A program made the position numbers and the translations under genes. A DNA stretch of 63,683 bases from a virus (taxonomy: Duplodnaviria > Caudoviricetes): positions 1-63,683 of IMG/VR virus record IMGVR_UViG_3300021420_000031, one strand, 5' to 3'. The notes beneath the pieces are model-generated. The model was not told the origin of the DNA and searched no databases. It saw only the letters and a program-made list of their open reading frames with translations. Of the stretch, positions 55,523 to 63,683 are shown one piece after another. Position 1 is the first letter of the stretch; each line of letters begins with the position of its first letter.

Positions 55523-55795
55523 TCACCCATGTCCGGACCGCTCGTGTTGGGGCGCATCTTCCGGCAGACCCCATGTCGGCACTTGCCCTGTAGCAGCCTC
55601 GATTCCGATCGCCATCGTGTTGGCCATGAGGTCCATGAAGGCGCGCTTACGGTCCTGCCCTTCGGGGCCAGAGACAGCGCCGATGACGATAGAGCCGAGC
55701 AGGACTGCGCCGTCCATTGTGTTGGGCAACGCCGCGTAGGCATTCCAGAGCTCGCCCTCGTGGCGCAGGGCTAAGCGTATACCAAAATCGGCCAT
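55523..55795 (-). CDS. Hypothetical protein
   Basis: 90 aa ORF in operon. Confidence 0.7.
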   Translation of the reverse strand: MADFGIRLALRHEGELWNAYAALPNTMDGAVLLGSIVIGAVSGPEGQDRKRAFMDLMANTMAIGIEAATGQVPTWGLPEDAPQHERSGHG

Positions 55796-55796
55796 C

Positions 55797-55895
55797 TCAG
55801 AACTCCATCAGCACGGCCCACAGGATGAGCCAGAACGCGGTGCACATCACCACGATCAGCGCGAGGGACAGCGGGAGCGGCAGGCGCTCGGTCAT
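55797..55895 (-). CDS. Small membrane peptide (32 aa)
   Basis: MTERLPLPLSLALIVVMCTAFWLILWAVLMEF; GAGG RBS. Confidence 0.55.
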   Translation of the reverse strand: MTERLPLPLSLALIVVMCTAFWLILWAVLMEF

Positions 55896-56149
55896 CGCCT
55901 CAGCCACCCCTCGCGGGCATGCGCGCCATCCCATAGGATAACTCTCGACCCATCCTGCGGCGCGGTCACACCTAGCTCGGCATCGAGGTGATCCCGCAGC
56001 GCCGCCATCTCCTCGCGACTGCGGCGGATGCTGCACGGCGGCTGATCCATCGGCTGGTCACCGCCGACCCTGATGAAGGCGCCGCCGTCGTCGAGCCACA
56101 CGATGCTGATGTCGGCACCGGCAGGGTGGGTGGCGTAGAAGTCGGTCAT
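55892..56149 (-). CDS. Hypothetical protein
   Basis: ATGA-coupled. Confidence 0.65.
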   Translation of the reverse strand: MTDFYATHPAGADISIVWLDDGGAFIRVGGDQPMDQPPCSIRRSREEMAALRDHLDAELGVTAPQDGSRVILWDGAHAREGWLRR

Positions 56150-56529
56150 TCGCCGCGCGCCTTCGCCCGTGCCGCACGGGCTTCGGCGATGCGGTGGTTG
56201 TTCGTCAGCACGTCGCGCAGCACGGGCGTTAGGGCGGCGTGGTTGAGGATCAAATCGATTAGGCCGAGGAGAGCGCCGCAGCCGTTATCGAGGTCCGGCG
56301 CGGCGGCGATCAGCCGGGCGTTGGCTTTCGCGCGTTCAAGACCAGGTGCGGCTGGCGCATCCTGAGCACCATCATCACGACAACAGATCCACGCCACGTC
56401 CACAGTCAGGCGGTCATCGTCATCGTCCCGAGGAGAACGATCAGCCCTGATGTGCAGAGACCACAGATAATTTTTTTCGGCTTCGGCGGCTGACCGCCAC
56501 GGCCCCGGTGTCCACTTCGGTTCGGTCAT
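56146..56529 (-). CDS. Phage protein of the TPGPW...ANARLIAAAP type
   Basis: Both motifs present; GGAGG RBS. Confidence 0.8.
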   Translation of the reverse strand: MTEPKWTPGPWRSAAEAEKNYLWSLHIRADRSPRDDDDDRLTVDVAWICCRDDGAQDAPAAPGLERAKANARLIAAAPDLDNGCGALLGLIDLILNHAALTPVLRDVLTNNHRIAEARAARAKARGE

Positions 56530-56568
56530 GAATGCCCCTCCAAACGGCTCGGTCGCGGCACGAGGAAG

Positions 56569-56811
56569 CTATCGAAATACTCTTTCGCTTCGTGTGGTCC
56601 ATAACAGGTTTTTAGCGGACCGATTCCCGCCGGGCTGCCCGGATTGGGGAACCATCGACCGCGCCATTTCGCAATTCTTCCGCGGCGGACTTTCACGATC
56701 GAGCGCGGCCCGGTCAGCTTTTGTTAGAAATCCCGTATCGGCAATCACGCGGACCGTGGCTACGTAGAGCCAATCGCGCGTTGTGTATTTGTCCGCCCGC
56801 ATCGCCCGCAT
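56569..56811 (-). CDS. Hypothetical protein
   Basis: GGAGG RBS before ATG 56811, downstream of the leftward promoter. Confidence 0.5.
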   Translation of the reverse strand: MRAMRADKYTTRDWLYVATVRVIADTGFLTKADRAALDRESPPRKNCEMARSMVPQSGQPGGNRSAKNLLWTTRSERVFR

Positions 56812-56841
56812 CGCGACCTCCCATCGGCTCAGTACGGGCAT

Positions 56842-56870
56842 AAGATATGGCGGCGTTCGTATCCCGTCAA
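56842..56870 (-). promoter_or_regulatory. Sigma70-type leftward promoter
   Basis: TTGACG, 17 nt spacer, TATCTT. Confidence 0.65.
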
Positions 56871-56889
56871 GATACATTGTCGCGTCCGG

Positions 56890-56918
56890 TTGCAATTTGT
56901 TTTGGCGGACGCTACATT
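56890..56918 (+). promoter_or_regulatory. Sigma70-type rightward promoter, probably giving a leaderless HTH mRNA
   Basis: TTGCAA, 17 nt spacer, TACATT; ATG at 56925 without SD. Confidence 0.6.
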
Positions 56919-56924
56919 CCGGCC

Positions 56925-57116
56925 ATGACGCTCAGCGAATGGATTGACCGCGAAGGTCTAACGAAATCCGCAGTGGCGGCGAGCCTTTGCATGACTCGCG
57001 GCGCACTATCCAATCTATGCAACGGGCGCTTCAAGCCGAGCCTCGAAACCGCCGTCGCAATTGAACGCTTGACCGACGGCAAGATACCGCCCAGCGCCTG
57101 GCTGACGGCGGCGTGA
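56925..57116 (+). CDS. Cro-like HTH regulator
   Basis: MTLSEWIDREGLTKSAVAASL...LSNLCNGRFKPSLETAVAIERLTDGKI. Confidence 0.88.
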   Translation: MTLSEWIDREGLTKSAVAASLCMTRGALSNLCNGRFKPSLETAVAIERLTDGKIPPSAWLTAA

Positions 57117-57670
57117 GCGGGGGCATTCTCTGCCTCGATCTTGGCCGGCAGAGCGCGTTCGCTTACGGTGAACCCAGCCGTAAGCCGGTATGGGGCCACG
57201 TTACTCTAGGCGAGCCGCAAGCCTCGGGTGGTTGCGTTCTCGCCGAAGCCAGGAAATGGATCGAAGCTCTGTGCGACCGCTGGAAGCCGCTCTGGATCTG
57301 CCAGGAGGCGCCTTACGCGCAGCGGCCAGGTCAGAAGACCAGCGTGCCGTTCAATCCGAAAACCCAGGCGCGGCTACAGCGCTTCGCCGGCGTGGCCGAG
57401 AGCTTGGCGTATGAGAGAGGTCTGTCCTATCGTGAGCCGGAGATTCGCGATGTGGCCGGGCATTTCCTTGGCGCCGAGGGCCGGCGTATGCGCTCCGATA
57501 AGAAAAAGCGACAGACGGTCGTGATCTGCAAGCTGCACGGCTGGGAGCCGGTCACGGGCGATGAGGCTGACGCGCTCGCGCTGCTGTCTTATATGGAGTG
57601 GTCGCTGTCCCCCGGCCAGGCACGGCTCAGGGGCGAGGGCGTGCCGCTGTTTCTGGCGGCTCAGCGATAA
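57113..57670 (+). CDS. RuvC-like Holliday junction resolvase
   Basis: ILCLDLG, QEAP and DEADALA acidic motifs. Confidence 0.75.
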   Translation: MSGGILCLDLGRQSAFAYGEPSRKPVWGHVTLGEPQASGGCVLAEARKWIEALCDRWKPLWICQEAPYAQRPGQKTSVPFNPKTQARLQRFAGVAESLAYERGLSYREPEIRDVAGHFLGAEGRRMRSDKKKRQTVVICKLHGWEPVTGDEADALALLSYMEWSLSPGQARLRGEGVPLFLAAQR

Positions 57671-58508
57671 CAGGCAGTGACGCCGCACATTCCGAGAAAA
57701 TTTTCCGCAACTCGTGAATATCGATGTCTCGGTTAGTCACCATATCTCGCCCGATCCATTTGTACCAGCAGGCTCGAAAACCGCTTGGCTTATGCCAGAA
57801 ATTTGGCGGGTCGTAGTAATGGCGTTCATGGTCTAATGTCCACGGAACAAATTTAGCGAAAATTCTTCCGCTACCGTTATGGTAATCACATCCAAGACCC
57901 GCTTCTCTCGCGCCAGCGCAACTCAGTTCTGCGCCGCAATCGCAGTACCATTGGGAAAGAGTGGGCTTTATCCGGCGCTCGATATATAAGGCTTTAGTCA
58001 GCTTGGTGTGGGCGTTGGTACGAAGATCATGCGCTTTACACCACAGCTTATGCCTCTGTTCTCCTTCGGGAGTCCGAAGACCACTTGTGGTGATAAGTCC
58101 AAAGGGAGTGCGCTCAGTTGTAGGCGGAAATACCGTACCTTCGCTGTGAAGCGCCTTCTCAGTTAAATTATATCCAGATTGCTCATCATAATGCGCAAAG
58201 CGGCGCTGAAGCTCGTTCTGGAAACAAGCATTGTGATGCTTATCCATGCAGGCTTGGCATGTAGTCTCGTAAGCGCCGCAGCCGGTGCACCACGGGCACT
58301 CACCCTCTCTGCCGCACCAACAATACGGTTTCATGAAGAAAACATCGTTTTCCCAGTCAGCACCATAACCAAATTCGCCACCTAGAATACCACGGCTAAG
58401 CCGTGCCTGATCGATGGTGGCAATGGCCTCTGTTAGCGCAATTAAACCGAACTCCAACGGGTTAGTTTCATCCGCCTGTGCGGGAAGAATGATCTGTATT
58501 TCTTCCAT
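57627..58508 (-). CDS. Cys-rich phage hypothetical protein, AT-rich
   Basis: ENDVFFMKPYCWC...PNFWHKPSGFRACWYKWIGRDM; AAGGA RBS. Confidence 0.7.
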   Translation of the reverse strand: MEEIQIILPAQADETNPLEFGLIALTEAIATIDQARLSRGILGGEFGYGADWENDVFFMKPYCWCGREGECPWCTGCGAYETTCQACMDKHHNACFQNELQRRFAHYDEQSGYNLTEKALHSEGTVFPPTTERTPFGLITTSGLRTPEGEQRHKLWCKAHDLRTNAHTKLTKALYIERRIKPTLSQWYCDCGAELSCAGAREAGLGCDYHNGSGRIFAKFVPWTLDHERHYYDPPNFWHKPSGFRACWYKWIGRDMVTNRDIDIHELRKIFSECAASLPVIAEPPETAARPRP

Positions 58509-58525
58509 TCCTTTCAACTCCTTCC

Positions 58526-58744
58526 TCAATAGATGTTCGATGGTGGAACCAGGCAGAGTGACTCTGCATGTTCGACGGAGCCGATCATGACAGCCTGCTC
58601 TCGCTCGCCACATGGGCTCGGGCGGTCGATCTGTACCGGATCACGGCTATTCCACAACTCGACGGTTACGGCGTCCTGGCGACCGAGCAGGTTGTGATCC
58701 ACCAGTTGCCCGTCTGTTAGGCTATCAATCCGGACGTAATACAT
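58526..58744 (-). CDS. Hypothetical protein
   Basis: Directly follows 58746-59003. Confidence 0.4.
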   Translation of the reverse strand: MYYVRIDSLTDGQLVDHNLLGRQDAVTVELWNSRDPVQIDRPSPCGEREQAVMIGSVEHAESLCLVPPSNIY

Positions 58745-58745
58745 C

Positions 58746-59003
58746 TCACGCCGCCGCTAGCGCCTTTCTGAGCGTTGCGGTAGGTCTAAGACGTGTGACT
58801 GTCCGGGTTTCTGGCTTGCTACGAGGCGGCGTTTCCCGTTGGGAATCCTTGGCACGCCTGTAGAAAGCCAACGCTGTTTCTACCGATTGTTCCACCTCCG
58901 CACGTGTTTGGGCCTCGAAACAAAAGAACGGGCTGGAGAGAGAAACCGCCACGTAGTTTCCGTTCTCCAAAACGCCGATTCGCACCCCGATTTCTGTCGC
59001 CAT
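58746..59003 (-). CDS. HicB-like domain protein
   Basis: ENGNYVAVS...FEAQTRAEVEQSVETALAFY; GGAGGAGG RBS. Confidence 0.55.
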   Translation of the reverse strand: MATEIGVRIGVLENGNYVAVSLSSPFFCFEAQTRAEVEQSVETALAFYRRAKDSQRETPPRSKPETRTVTRLRPTATLRKALAAA

Positions 59004-59021
59004 GATCCGATCCTCCTCCTT

Positions 59022-59243
59022 CTACTCCCCCCACCGAGCAGAGGCGGCTTTCCTCGCAATTTCCCGGCGCTGAACGCCAGTCAACTTCGCTGATCGCGCT
59101 TTCGCCCCAGCCTTCCCACTCCGTACCTTCCCAGAAGGTGCGGTCAGTTCCTCCTCAATTTCTCCCGTGGCGATCCGCGCCACCATTACCGCGCAGGCGA
59201 CGGTATCCGCCGGCCTGCGCTCTCCTCTTGGTCCCTTCGGCAC
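59022..59243 (-). CDS. Small basic protein of the type often found beside alphaproteobacterial IS elements
   Basis: MPKGPRGERRPAD...ARIATGE...GKAGAKARS...REIARKAASARW. Confidence 0.8.
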   Translation of the reverse strand: MPKGPRGERRPADTVACAVMVARIATGEIEEELTAPSGKVRSGKAGAKARSAKLTGVQRREIARKAASARWGE

Positions 59244-59503
59244 ATCCTAACTCCCACCTTTTCCCGTCCAGATATGAACATATGAACACACGTTACCCTT
59301 GTCCGACAACACAAGGATATGGTCGTTCGATCAAAGCCTTCGTTGCGGGGGTTGCGATGGCTCGATGCGATCGGCCATGCGCCGCAGTGCCTTCGTCAGC
59401 CAATCGCGGAGATGCCAAGACACCCCGCGTTTTAGCACACAGATAGCGTAAGCGTTCTCGTCCAGTGCGCCCTGCAAATAGGCTCGTGTCAGGCTTTCTC
59501 GTC

Positions 59504-60640
59504 TCATGTCGCTGGCCTCAAAGTTGACGGCGATGCGTCTTTATCGACCACGACCTGCCCGCGGTGGATGAGCCGGTCGATCGAGGCTTCGAGGTCCGCT
59601 GGCGCGAGGTGCTGCCAGCTCGCCGACTTGCGCAACCGCGCGAACAGCGACTCGGCCTTGGTAGGATCGCTGAGCACGCGATGACCGCGCCCCAACTCGT
59701 ATTTCAACGCCGTCAGCACTCTCAGGTCCAGGTCGGCTTTCTCCGACGTGGACAGCGGGAACCGCTGCCGCAGGCTCGGTGGCGCATCGGCGAGTTCGAG
59801 CATGCCCTCGCGCCATTGCATGTGGATCGTCGGTTTGGGGCCGGGCAGGTTCGTGATGTGCGTGCGCAGTACCAGCTTGTCGGCATCCTCGCCGGTGTGT
59901 GCGTCATAGGTTTTCGGGCGCTCCAGCACGAGGATATGACGGATCGATTTCTCCCAGACCCAGCCGCTCACGGAGGACGTGCCGGCCTTATTAGGATGGT
60001 GCAGGAGGATGATCGCGAGGTTGCGCTCGGCCGCATAGCGCTTCAGCAAATGGCAGAACTCATAGGTATGCCGGCGATCCTCCCCATCGAGCAGCGTCGA
60101 GGCGTTATCGAGGATCAGTAGGCCACACCCGAAATCTGTGCAGTGTCCTACGCCCTCGGGGCCGGCGATCGAGCGCCAGAGATCCGTCGGCTGCCCTGGC
60201 TGCCCTGATGCGCACCGGAACAGTATTGGGTCGAAAGCCTGTCCGTCGTCTGGTTCGCCGGTCCAGGCCACTGCGCCCTCGTCGAGGTCGAGCGGGTCGA
60301 CGCCATACTCGGCGATCACCCGGTTAAAGCGTGCGTGCAGCTGGAATTCCTGATCCTCGCTGTAGATGGCATAAGACCGGGCATGCTGCTCGATCGGCTG
60401 CCCGAACCATTTCCCCGCCGGACTCCAGCTCGCCACCTGCAGCATTAACATCAGGAAGCTCTTGCCGACGCCTGGCGGTCCGGCGAGCATCGTCACAAAC
60501 CGTCGCGGGAACAGCCCCGGCACGATCCAATCGATCGCGGCCGGGTCCTTGCCGGCGAGGTCGCTCGCGTACGTTATCCGCCAAGGCGATGGTTCCGGTT
60601 CCGATCGCCGGAACTGTGGACGTATAACCGGGTCAGCCAT
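59504..60640 (-). CDS. RepA/AAA_25-type replicative helicase
   Basis: DWIVPGLFP, Walker A GPPGVGKS, Walker B LLILDN, LLHHPNK. Confidence 0.88.
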   Translation of the reverse strand: MADPVIRPQFRRSEPEPSPWRITYASDLAGKDPAAIDWIVPGLFPRRFVTMLAGPPGVGKSFLMLMLQVASWSPAGKWFGQPIEQHARSYAIYSEDQEFQLHARFNRVIAEYGVDPLDLDEGAVAWTGEPDDGQAFDPILFRCASGQPGQPTDLWRSIAGPEGVGHCTDFGCGLLILDNASTLLDGEDRRHTYEFCHLLKRYAAERNLAIILLHHPNKAGTSSVSGWVWEKSIRHILVLERPKTYDAHTGEDADKLVLRTHITNLPGPKPTIHMQWREGMLELADAPPSLRQRFPLSTSEKADLDLRVLTALKYELGRGHRVLSDPTKAESLFARLRKSASWQHLAPADLEASIDRLIHRGQVVVDKDASPSTLRPAT

Positions 60641-60643
60641 CGG

Positions 60644-60835
60644 CTAGGCCGACGGGTTAGATTTGCTCGTCGCTTCTCGATCTTCACGGCCAGCATCATA
60701 TCCGGCGTAATAATCGCCACGCTGGAATGAGTATTTGGTTTCGTCGGGAGCGATAGCGCGCAAGCCATCGATTGCGTCATGGTAACCTTGTTGCCAAAAC
60801 CAGTTATGCTCGTGATCGATCTCACGCCGCGCCAT
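60644..60835 (-). CDS. Small hypothetical protein
   Basis: MARREIDH...WQQGYHDA...YYAGYDAG; GGGGAGGGG RBS. Confidence 0.6.
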   Translation of the reverse strand: MARREIDHEHNWFWQQGYHDAIDGLRAIAPDETKYSFQRGDYYAGYDAGREDREATSKSNPSA

Positions 60836-61866
60836 CACTTCCCCCTCCCCAAAAGCTGATCGTTGAAATCCCCGAAGCGCGGCTCGGGGAATACCGCCGA
60901 GCATAGACGCTCGGGTGAGTATGCCGCTATCGCGCGCTCGGCAGCCGCTTCGCCGGCCGCACCGCGATCCGCAAAAATCAGCACGCGCTCGACGCACGCC
61001 GGCAGGGCGATCGAGTGTAGCCGGCCGGAGCCGCAGGTTGCCCATACCGGTACACGGAACAGCGCCGCCGCAGCTAACGCGCTCTCGACGCCCTCGGCGA
61101 GCCCCAGGGTAGGACCAGCTGGCGCAAGCCGCACAGCACCGTTGCCGAGCCGGCCAATGGTTTTCTTGCGCGCCGCGATCCCGACCGCGCGGGCGTCCTG
61201 CGGGCCGGATTGACTGGCGTCGACGACATAGCGGCGCTCGCACCAGATGCGCTGCAACGCGGTGATTTGCCCGTCTGTGTCGGTTACGGCGGCAAGTATG
61301 GCGGGACGGTGCTGTGCCTTCCACCATTGTCCGTCAGGATCGCGCCACGTGCGCCAGGACGGCTCTACGATGGGCTTAACCTCGCCACATGGTTCCGAGT
61401 AGAGGACGCGGCTATGGCCTCTCAGCGCTGCCGGAAGCGCCCCCCGCCGCAGCAGTCCACGTGACTGTAGGTAAAACTCGGCGATCCGGGGTGCGTCGGC
61501 GCCCGCCCATAATTCGCCGACGTGCTTCGGTATGCCGGGCAAAGAACCGGCCGCGCGGCGAGCCGGCGGCCGGAGTCCGGGAGAAACGCTGTGACCAGCG
61601 GATGAAAGCTGCGCCACGGCCTGATGAAAATCAAGTCCTTTGGTGCGCCTTAGGTACTCGATGGCGTCGCCGGTCGCACCGCAGGCGTAGCAGCGGAAAC
61701 GCTGATCAGATGGTATAACGGCGAAACTCGGATGAGCGTCGGGCGAATGAAATGGGCAACTCCCGAGCCAATACTGCCCCACGCGCTTCAGCGACACGTC
61801 GCGCCCGATCAGTTCCCGCAGCGATACCCGCGACCGAATGGCGTCGATCTCCGTCGCGGGTATCAC
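60835..61866 (-). CDS. DNA primase (CHC2 zinc finger + TOPRIM)
   Basis: CPFH...FRCYACGATGD; LAEGVESAL; IFADRG; GDFND. Confidence 0.9.
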   Translation of the reverse strand: MIPATEIDAIRSRVSLRELIGRDVSLKRVGQYWLGSCPFHSPDAHPSFAVIPSDQRFRCYACGATGDAIEYLRRTKGLDFHQAVAQLSSAGHSVSPGLRPPARRAAGSLPGIPKHVGELWAGADAPRIAEFYLQSRGLLRRGALPAALRGHSRVLYSEPCGEVKPIVEPSWRTWRDPDGQWWKAQHRPAILAAVTDTDGQITALQRIWCERRYVVDASQSGPQDARAVGIAARKKTIGRLGNGAVRLAPAGPTLGLAEGVESALAAAALFRVPVWATCGSGRLHSIALPACVERVLIFADRGAAGEAAAERAIAAYSPERLCSAVFPEPRFGDFNDQLLGRGK

Positions 61867-62198
61867 ACGTCGGCCTTCCGCTTGTCGAATACGCGTCCCC
61901 GATGCGTGGCGCACCAGCTTCCGCCGGGTTGCGCGACGCGCGCGCCGCAGTACGACCATTCGCCGCCGCACACGTCGCCGGTGATCCAGCGGCAGCCGCC
62001 AGTATTTACGTTGGGCAGCCGATCATAAATCGTCGGCGGTTCTGGCGTGTTTCGCATGCGGAATCCTTGGCGATAGAGTCGCCCGATGACGGCGTTTCGG
62101 GTGCAGCCTAGCCGTCGCCCGATCTCGCGTGTCAAGAGTCCCATACCGGCCAACTCGACGACGATCTCAGCGCGCTCGGGTGTCCAGAAGCTGATCAT
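61863..62198 (-). CDS. gcrA: GcrA cell-cycle regulator homologue
   Basis: WTPER...TRNAVIGRLYR and CRWITGD...YCG...WCATH. Confidence 0.88.
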   Translation of the reverse strand: MISFWTPERAEIVVELAGMGLLTREIGRRLGCTRNAVIGRLYRQGFRMRNTPEPPTIYDRLPNVNTGGCRWITGDVCGGEWSYCGARVAQPGGSWCATHRGRVFDKRKADV

Positions 62199-62476
62199 CG
62201 GAGCAGCTCCCCCGACAGCACTGCGCGCACCCGATCGGCTTGCGGACTCTGCTCGGGGACTTGCCCGCTTGCGAATAGTGTCAGATATCGCTCGCTGACT
62301 CCGGCCGCGACGGCGATCTCCGAGCGGCTCATCTTACTCAGCCGGATCAGCCGCCGATCGTAGGACAGCGGGATTATCGGCTCGCCAGCATTGATCGCGG
62401 CGAGGTCGTCGAGAAATGCCTTGCCGAGTCCGCGCCACGGCTCCTCGAACTCACGATCCCAATCTATCGCGCTCAA
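62195..62476 (-). CDS. Hypothetical HTH-like protein
   Basis: MSRSEIAVAAGVSERYL; GGAGG then TTG start. Confidence 0.55.
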   Translation of the reverse strand: MSAIDWDREFEEPWRGLGKAFLDDLAAINAGEPIIPLSYDRRLIRLSKMSRSEIAVAAGVSERYLTLFASGQVPEQSPQADRVRAVLSGELLR

Positions 62477-62571
62477 CCTCCGTACGCCCGGATCAGCGCG
62501 CCGACGAGCAACGCGCTCGCCGCCAGCAGCGCCCAATCGACGCCGATCTTCAGATTCACCGCCGCTTTCAT
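62473..62571 (-). CDS. Small membrane peptide (32 aa)
   Basis: MKAAVNLKIGVDWALLAASALLVGALIRAYGG; GGAGG RBS. Confidence 0.5.
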   Translation of the reverse strand: MKAAVNLKIGVDWALLAASALLVGALIRAYGG

Positions 62572-63044
62572 CGTATCTTCCTCCAGTCTCCACGGAACTT
62601 CGCCTGCCAGGCCTCGATCGCTTCCCGTGTGCCGACCTTGCAGGCGAGACGGCATGCCCTGATCTCGATCTGATCTTTGATCCTCGCCTCAGCGATCAGC
62701 TGCGGCCATAAGTTTAGGGCCGACTGCCGCCCGCCGAGGCAGAGCGGGATGCGGTCATCCAACTCGTAGGGGCTACGGGGCACGTCGACGCCGCCGTACC
62801 GCTCTAAGATGATTTCCCGCAGCTCACCATAGACCGCCGGCCCTTGCGTCTCGTAGACGCGCTGGGAGCGGCTGTAGCCGGGGTGGCAGATCACCGCCGG
62901 ATCGCTGGTCGCGACATCGCCGGGGGTCAGGCGGCCGTCGGGCACCGCCATCGGCGGATCTGCCGCCCAAGTGAACCACGCCGCGACCCCCGCCGCGATC
63001 AGCGCGACGGGAGCCGCAGAGGCTAGCGGCCAGCGGTGGGTCAT
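62568..63044 (-). CDS. Exported HNH-like protein
   Basis: Hydrophobic N-terminus; LTPGD...ICHPGYS...YELDDRIPLCLGG...NLWPQ. Confidence 0.7.
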   Translation of the reverse strand: MTHRWPLASAAPVALIAAGVAAWFTWAADPPMAVPDGRLTPGDVATSDPAVICHPGYSRSQRVYETQGPAVYGELREIILERYGGVDVPRSPYELDDRIPLCLGGRQSALNLWPQLIAEARIKDQIEIRACRLACKVGTREAIEAWQAKFRGDWRKIR

Positions 63045-63538
63045 TGGAAACATTCCGCATTCGCAATATTGCCCATTGACGAGTAAGTCATCCCCCAAGC
63101 CTGGCTACCATGCCCGTCTGCGTCGTCGCAGCCTACGGCGAGGGGATGCGTGTCCTGCCACGTCTTCCATTCCTCTTTTGACGACTTTTCAGGGGGGCAA
63201 ATTGGGTGTGTGCGCTTGTACCTCTCGTCTGCGGCCTTTTGTTCCTCTGGCGTTGCCGGCAAACCTAGGGCGCGAGCCCACATGAACTCACACTGCGAAC
63301 GCGTCAGGTCTAGCACGCGACCCTCGGCACTCGACGATAAACTCACATGACCGTCGAGGGTTGTTGTCATCAAGTGCCAGGGCCGCTCGCCCGCCATCCC
63401 GGCGCCGGTAATGCCGAGGATTGCGACGGATGTGTACGCGAAAAGGTGTGCCCAGAGGCGGGACGCCTGCTTGGCCTTACATTCGGGCCATTCGTGCCAG
63501 TTTCCACAGACCTCGCAAAGGATTTCCTTGGTTTCCAT
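63041..63538 (-). CDS. Membrane-anchored hypothetical protein
   Basis: One TM segment, Cys-containing; GGAGGGAG RBS. Confidence 0.65.
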   Translation of the reverse strand: METKEILCEVCGNWHEWPECKAKQASRLWAHLFAYTSVAILGITGAGMAGERPWHLMTTTLDGHVSLSSSAEGRVLDLTRSQCEFMWARALGLPATPEEQKAADERYKRTHPICPPEKSSKEEWKTWQDTHPLAVGCDDADGHGSQAWGMTYSSMGNIANAECFQ

Positions 63539-63565
63539 CTCTCCCTCCGACTCCTCACCGAGCGC

Positions 63566-63683
63566 TCAATTCAGTTCCTGTTCGATGCAGCCGAGCAGGA
63601 AGTCGAATAGCCGCAGATAGGCCTCCGCCCACACCGCCGCCCCCGCCGCCGCCTCCGCCGCCTCCGCCGCCGCCCACGCCGCC
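63566..63683 (-). CDS. C-terminal part of Ala-rich repeat protein (enters from the right end)
   Basis: AAWAAAEAAEAAAGAAVWAEAYLRLFDFLLGCIEQELN-stop. Confidence 0.75.
   Translation of the reverse strand, partial: AAWAAAEAAEAAAGAAVWAEAYLRLFDFLLGCIEQELN

Larger units (their letters stand above)
1..63683. mobile_element. Near-complete tailed phage genome (podovirus-like organisation), probable alphaproteobacterial host
   Basis: TerL, portal, capsid, adaptor, nozzle and ejection genes, lysis genes, primase and helicase all present; no host housekeeping genes; GcrA homologue; one gene split across both ends. Confidence 0.93.

Noticed and set aside
59272-59287. ATATGAAC tandem as an alphaproteobacterial LexA box
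   Set aside because: GAAC-to-GAAC spacing is 4 nt, not the 7 nt of the GAAC-N7-GAAC box.
1-63683. Diversity-generating retroelement, CRISPR array, tRNA genes, integrase
   Set aside because: No reverse transcriptase motifs, template/variable repeat pair, regularly spaced repeats, cloverleaf or recombinase motifs were recognised by eye. Weak cases could have been missed.
63660-63683. Exact circular closure or terminal direct repeat
   Set aside because: The ends share only low-complexity GCC repeats, and a blunt join breaks the reading frame, so closure is not demonstrated.

Overview
The window looks like a nearly complete ~63.7 kb genome of a short-tailed (podovirus-like) dsDNA phage. A GcrA homologue points to an alphaproteobacterial host. 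One Ala-rich minus-strand gene is split across the two window ends, which suggests a circular or permuted genome opened inside a low-complexity repeat. Layout: small early genes and a divergent-promoter HTH switch (1-2.0 kb); a gene-poor region with a dif-like XerCD site and a strand-skew flip (2.0-4.2 kb); packaging and head genes (TerL, portal, scaffold, capsid; 6.9-14.8 kb); five paralogous head-tail adaptor/ring genes and a nozzle-like gene (14.8-21.4 kb); ejection proteins (21.4-28.3 kb); a ~15 kb fibre/receptor-binding block (29.2-44.6 kb); lysis genes (44.7-49.3 kb); and a mostly leftward arm with radical SAM, HNH, RecT-like, ASCH, RuvC-like, helicase, primase and GcrA genes (49.3-63.7 kb). 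No integrase, DNA polymerase, tape measure, tRNA, CRISPR array or reverse transcriptase was recognised. Three observations stand out. (1) Essentially every gene in the fibre block encodes an N-terminal Sec-type signal peptide. The products are mostly Cys-rich fibre-like or enzyme-like proteins, including a G1 glutamic peptidase and a GH54-like domain, which suggests periplasmic folding of phage appendages. (2) An integrase-less tailed phage carries a dif-like site, so it may integrate or resolve dimers through host XerCD. (3) The adaptor/ring gene has expanded to five paralogues. All family assignments come from motifs recognised by eye; no searches were run.
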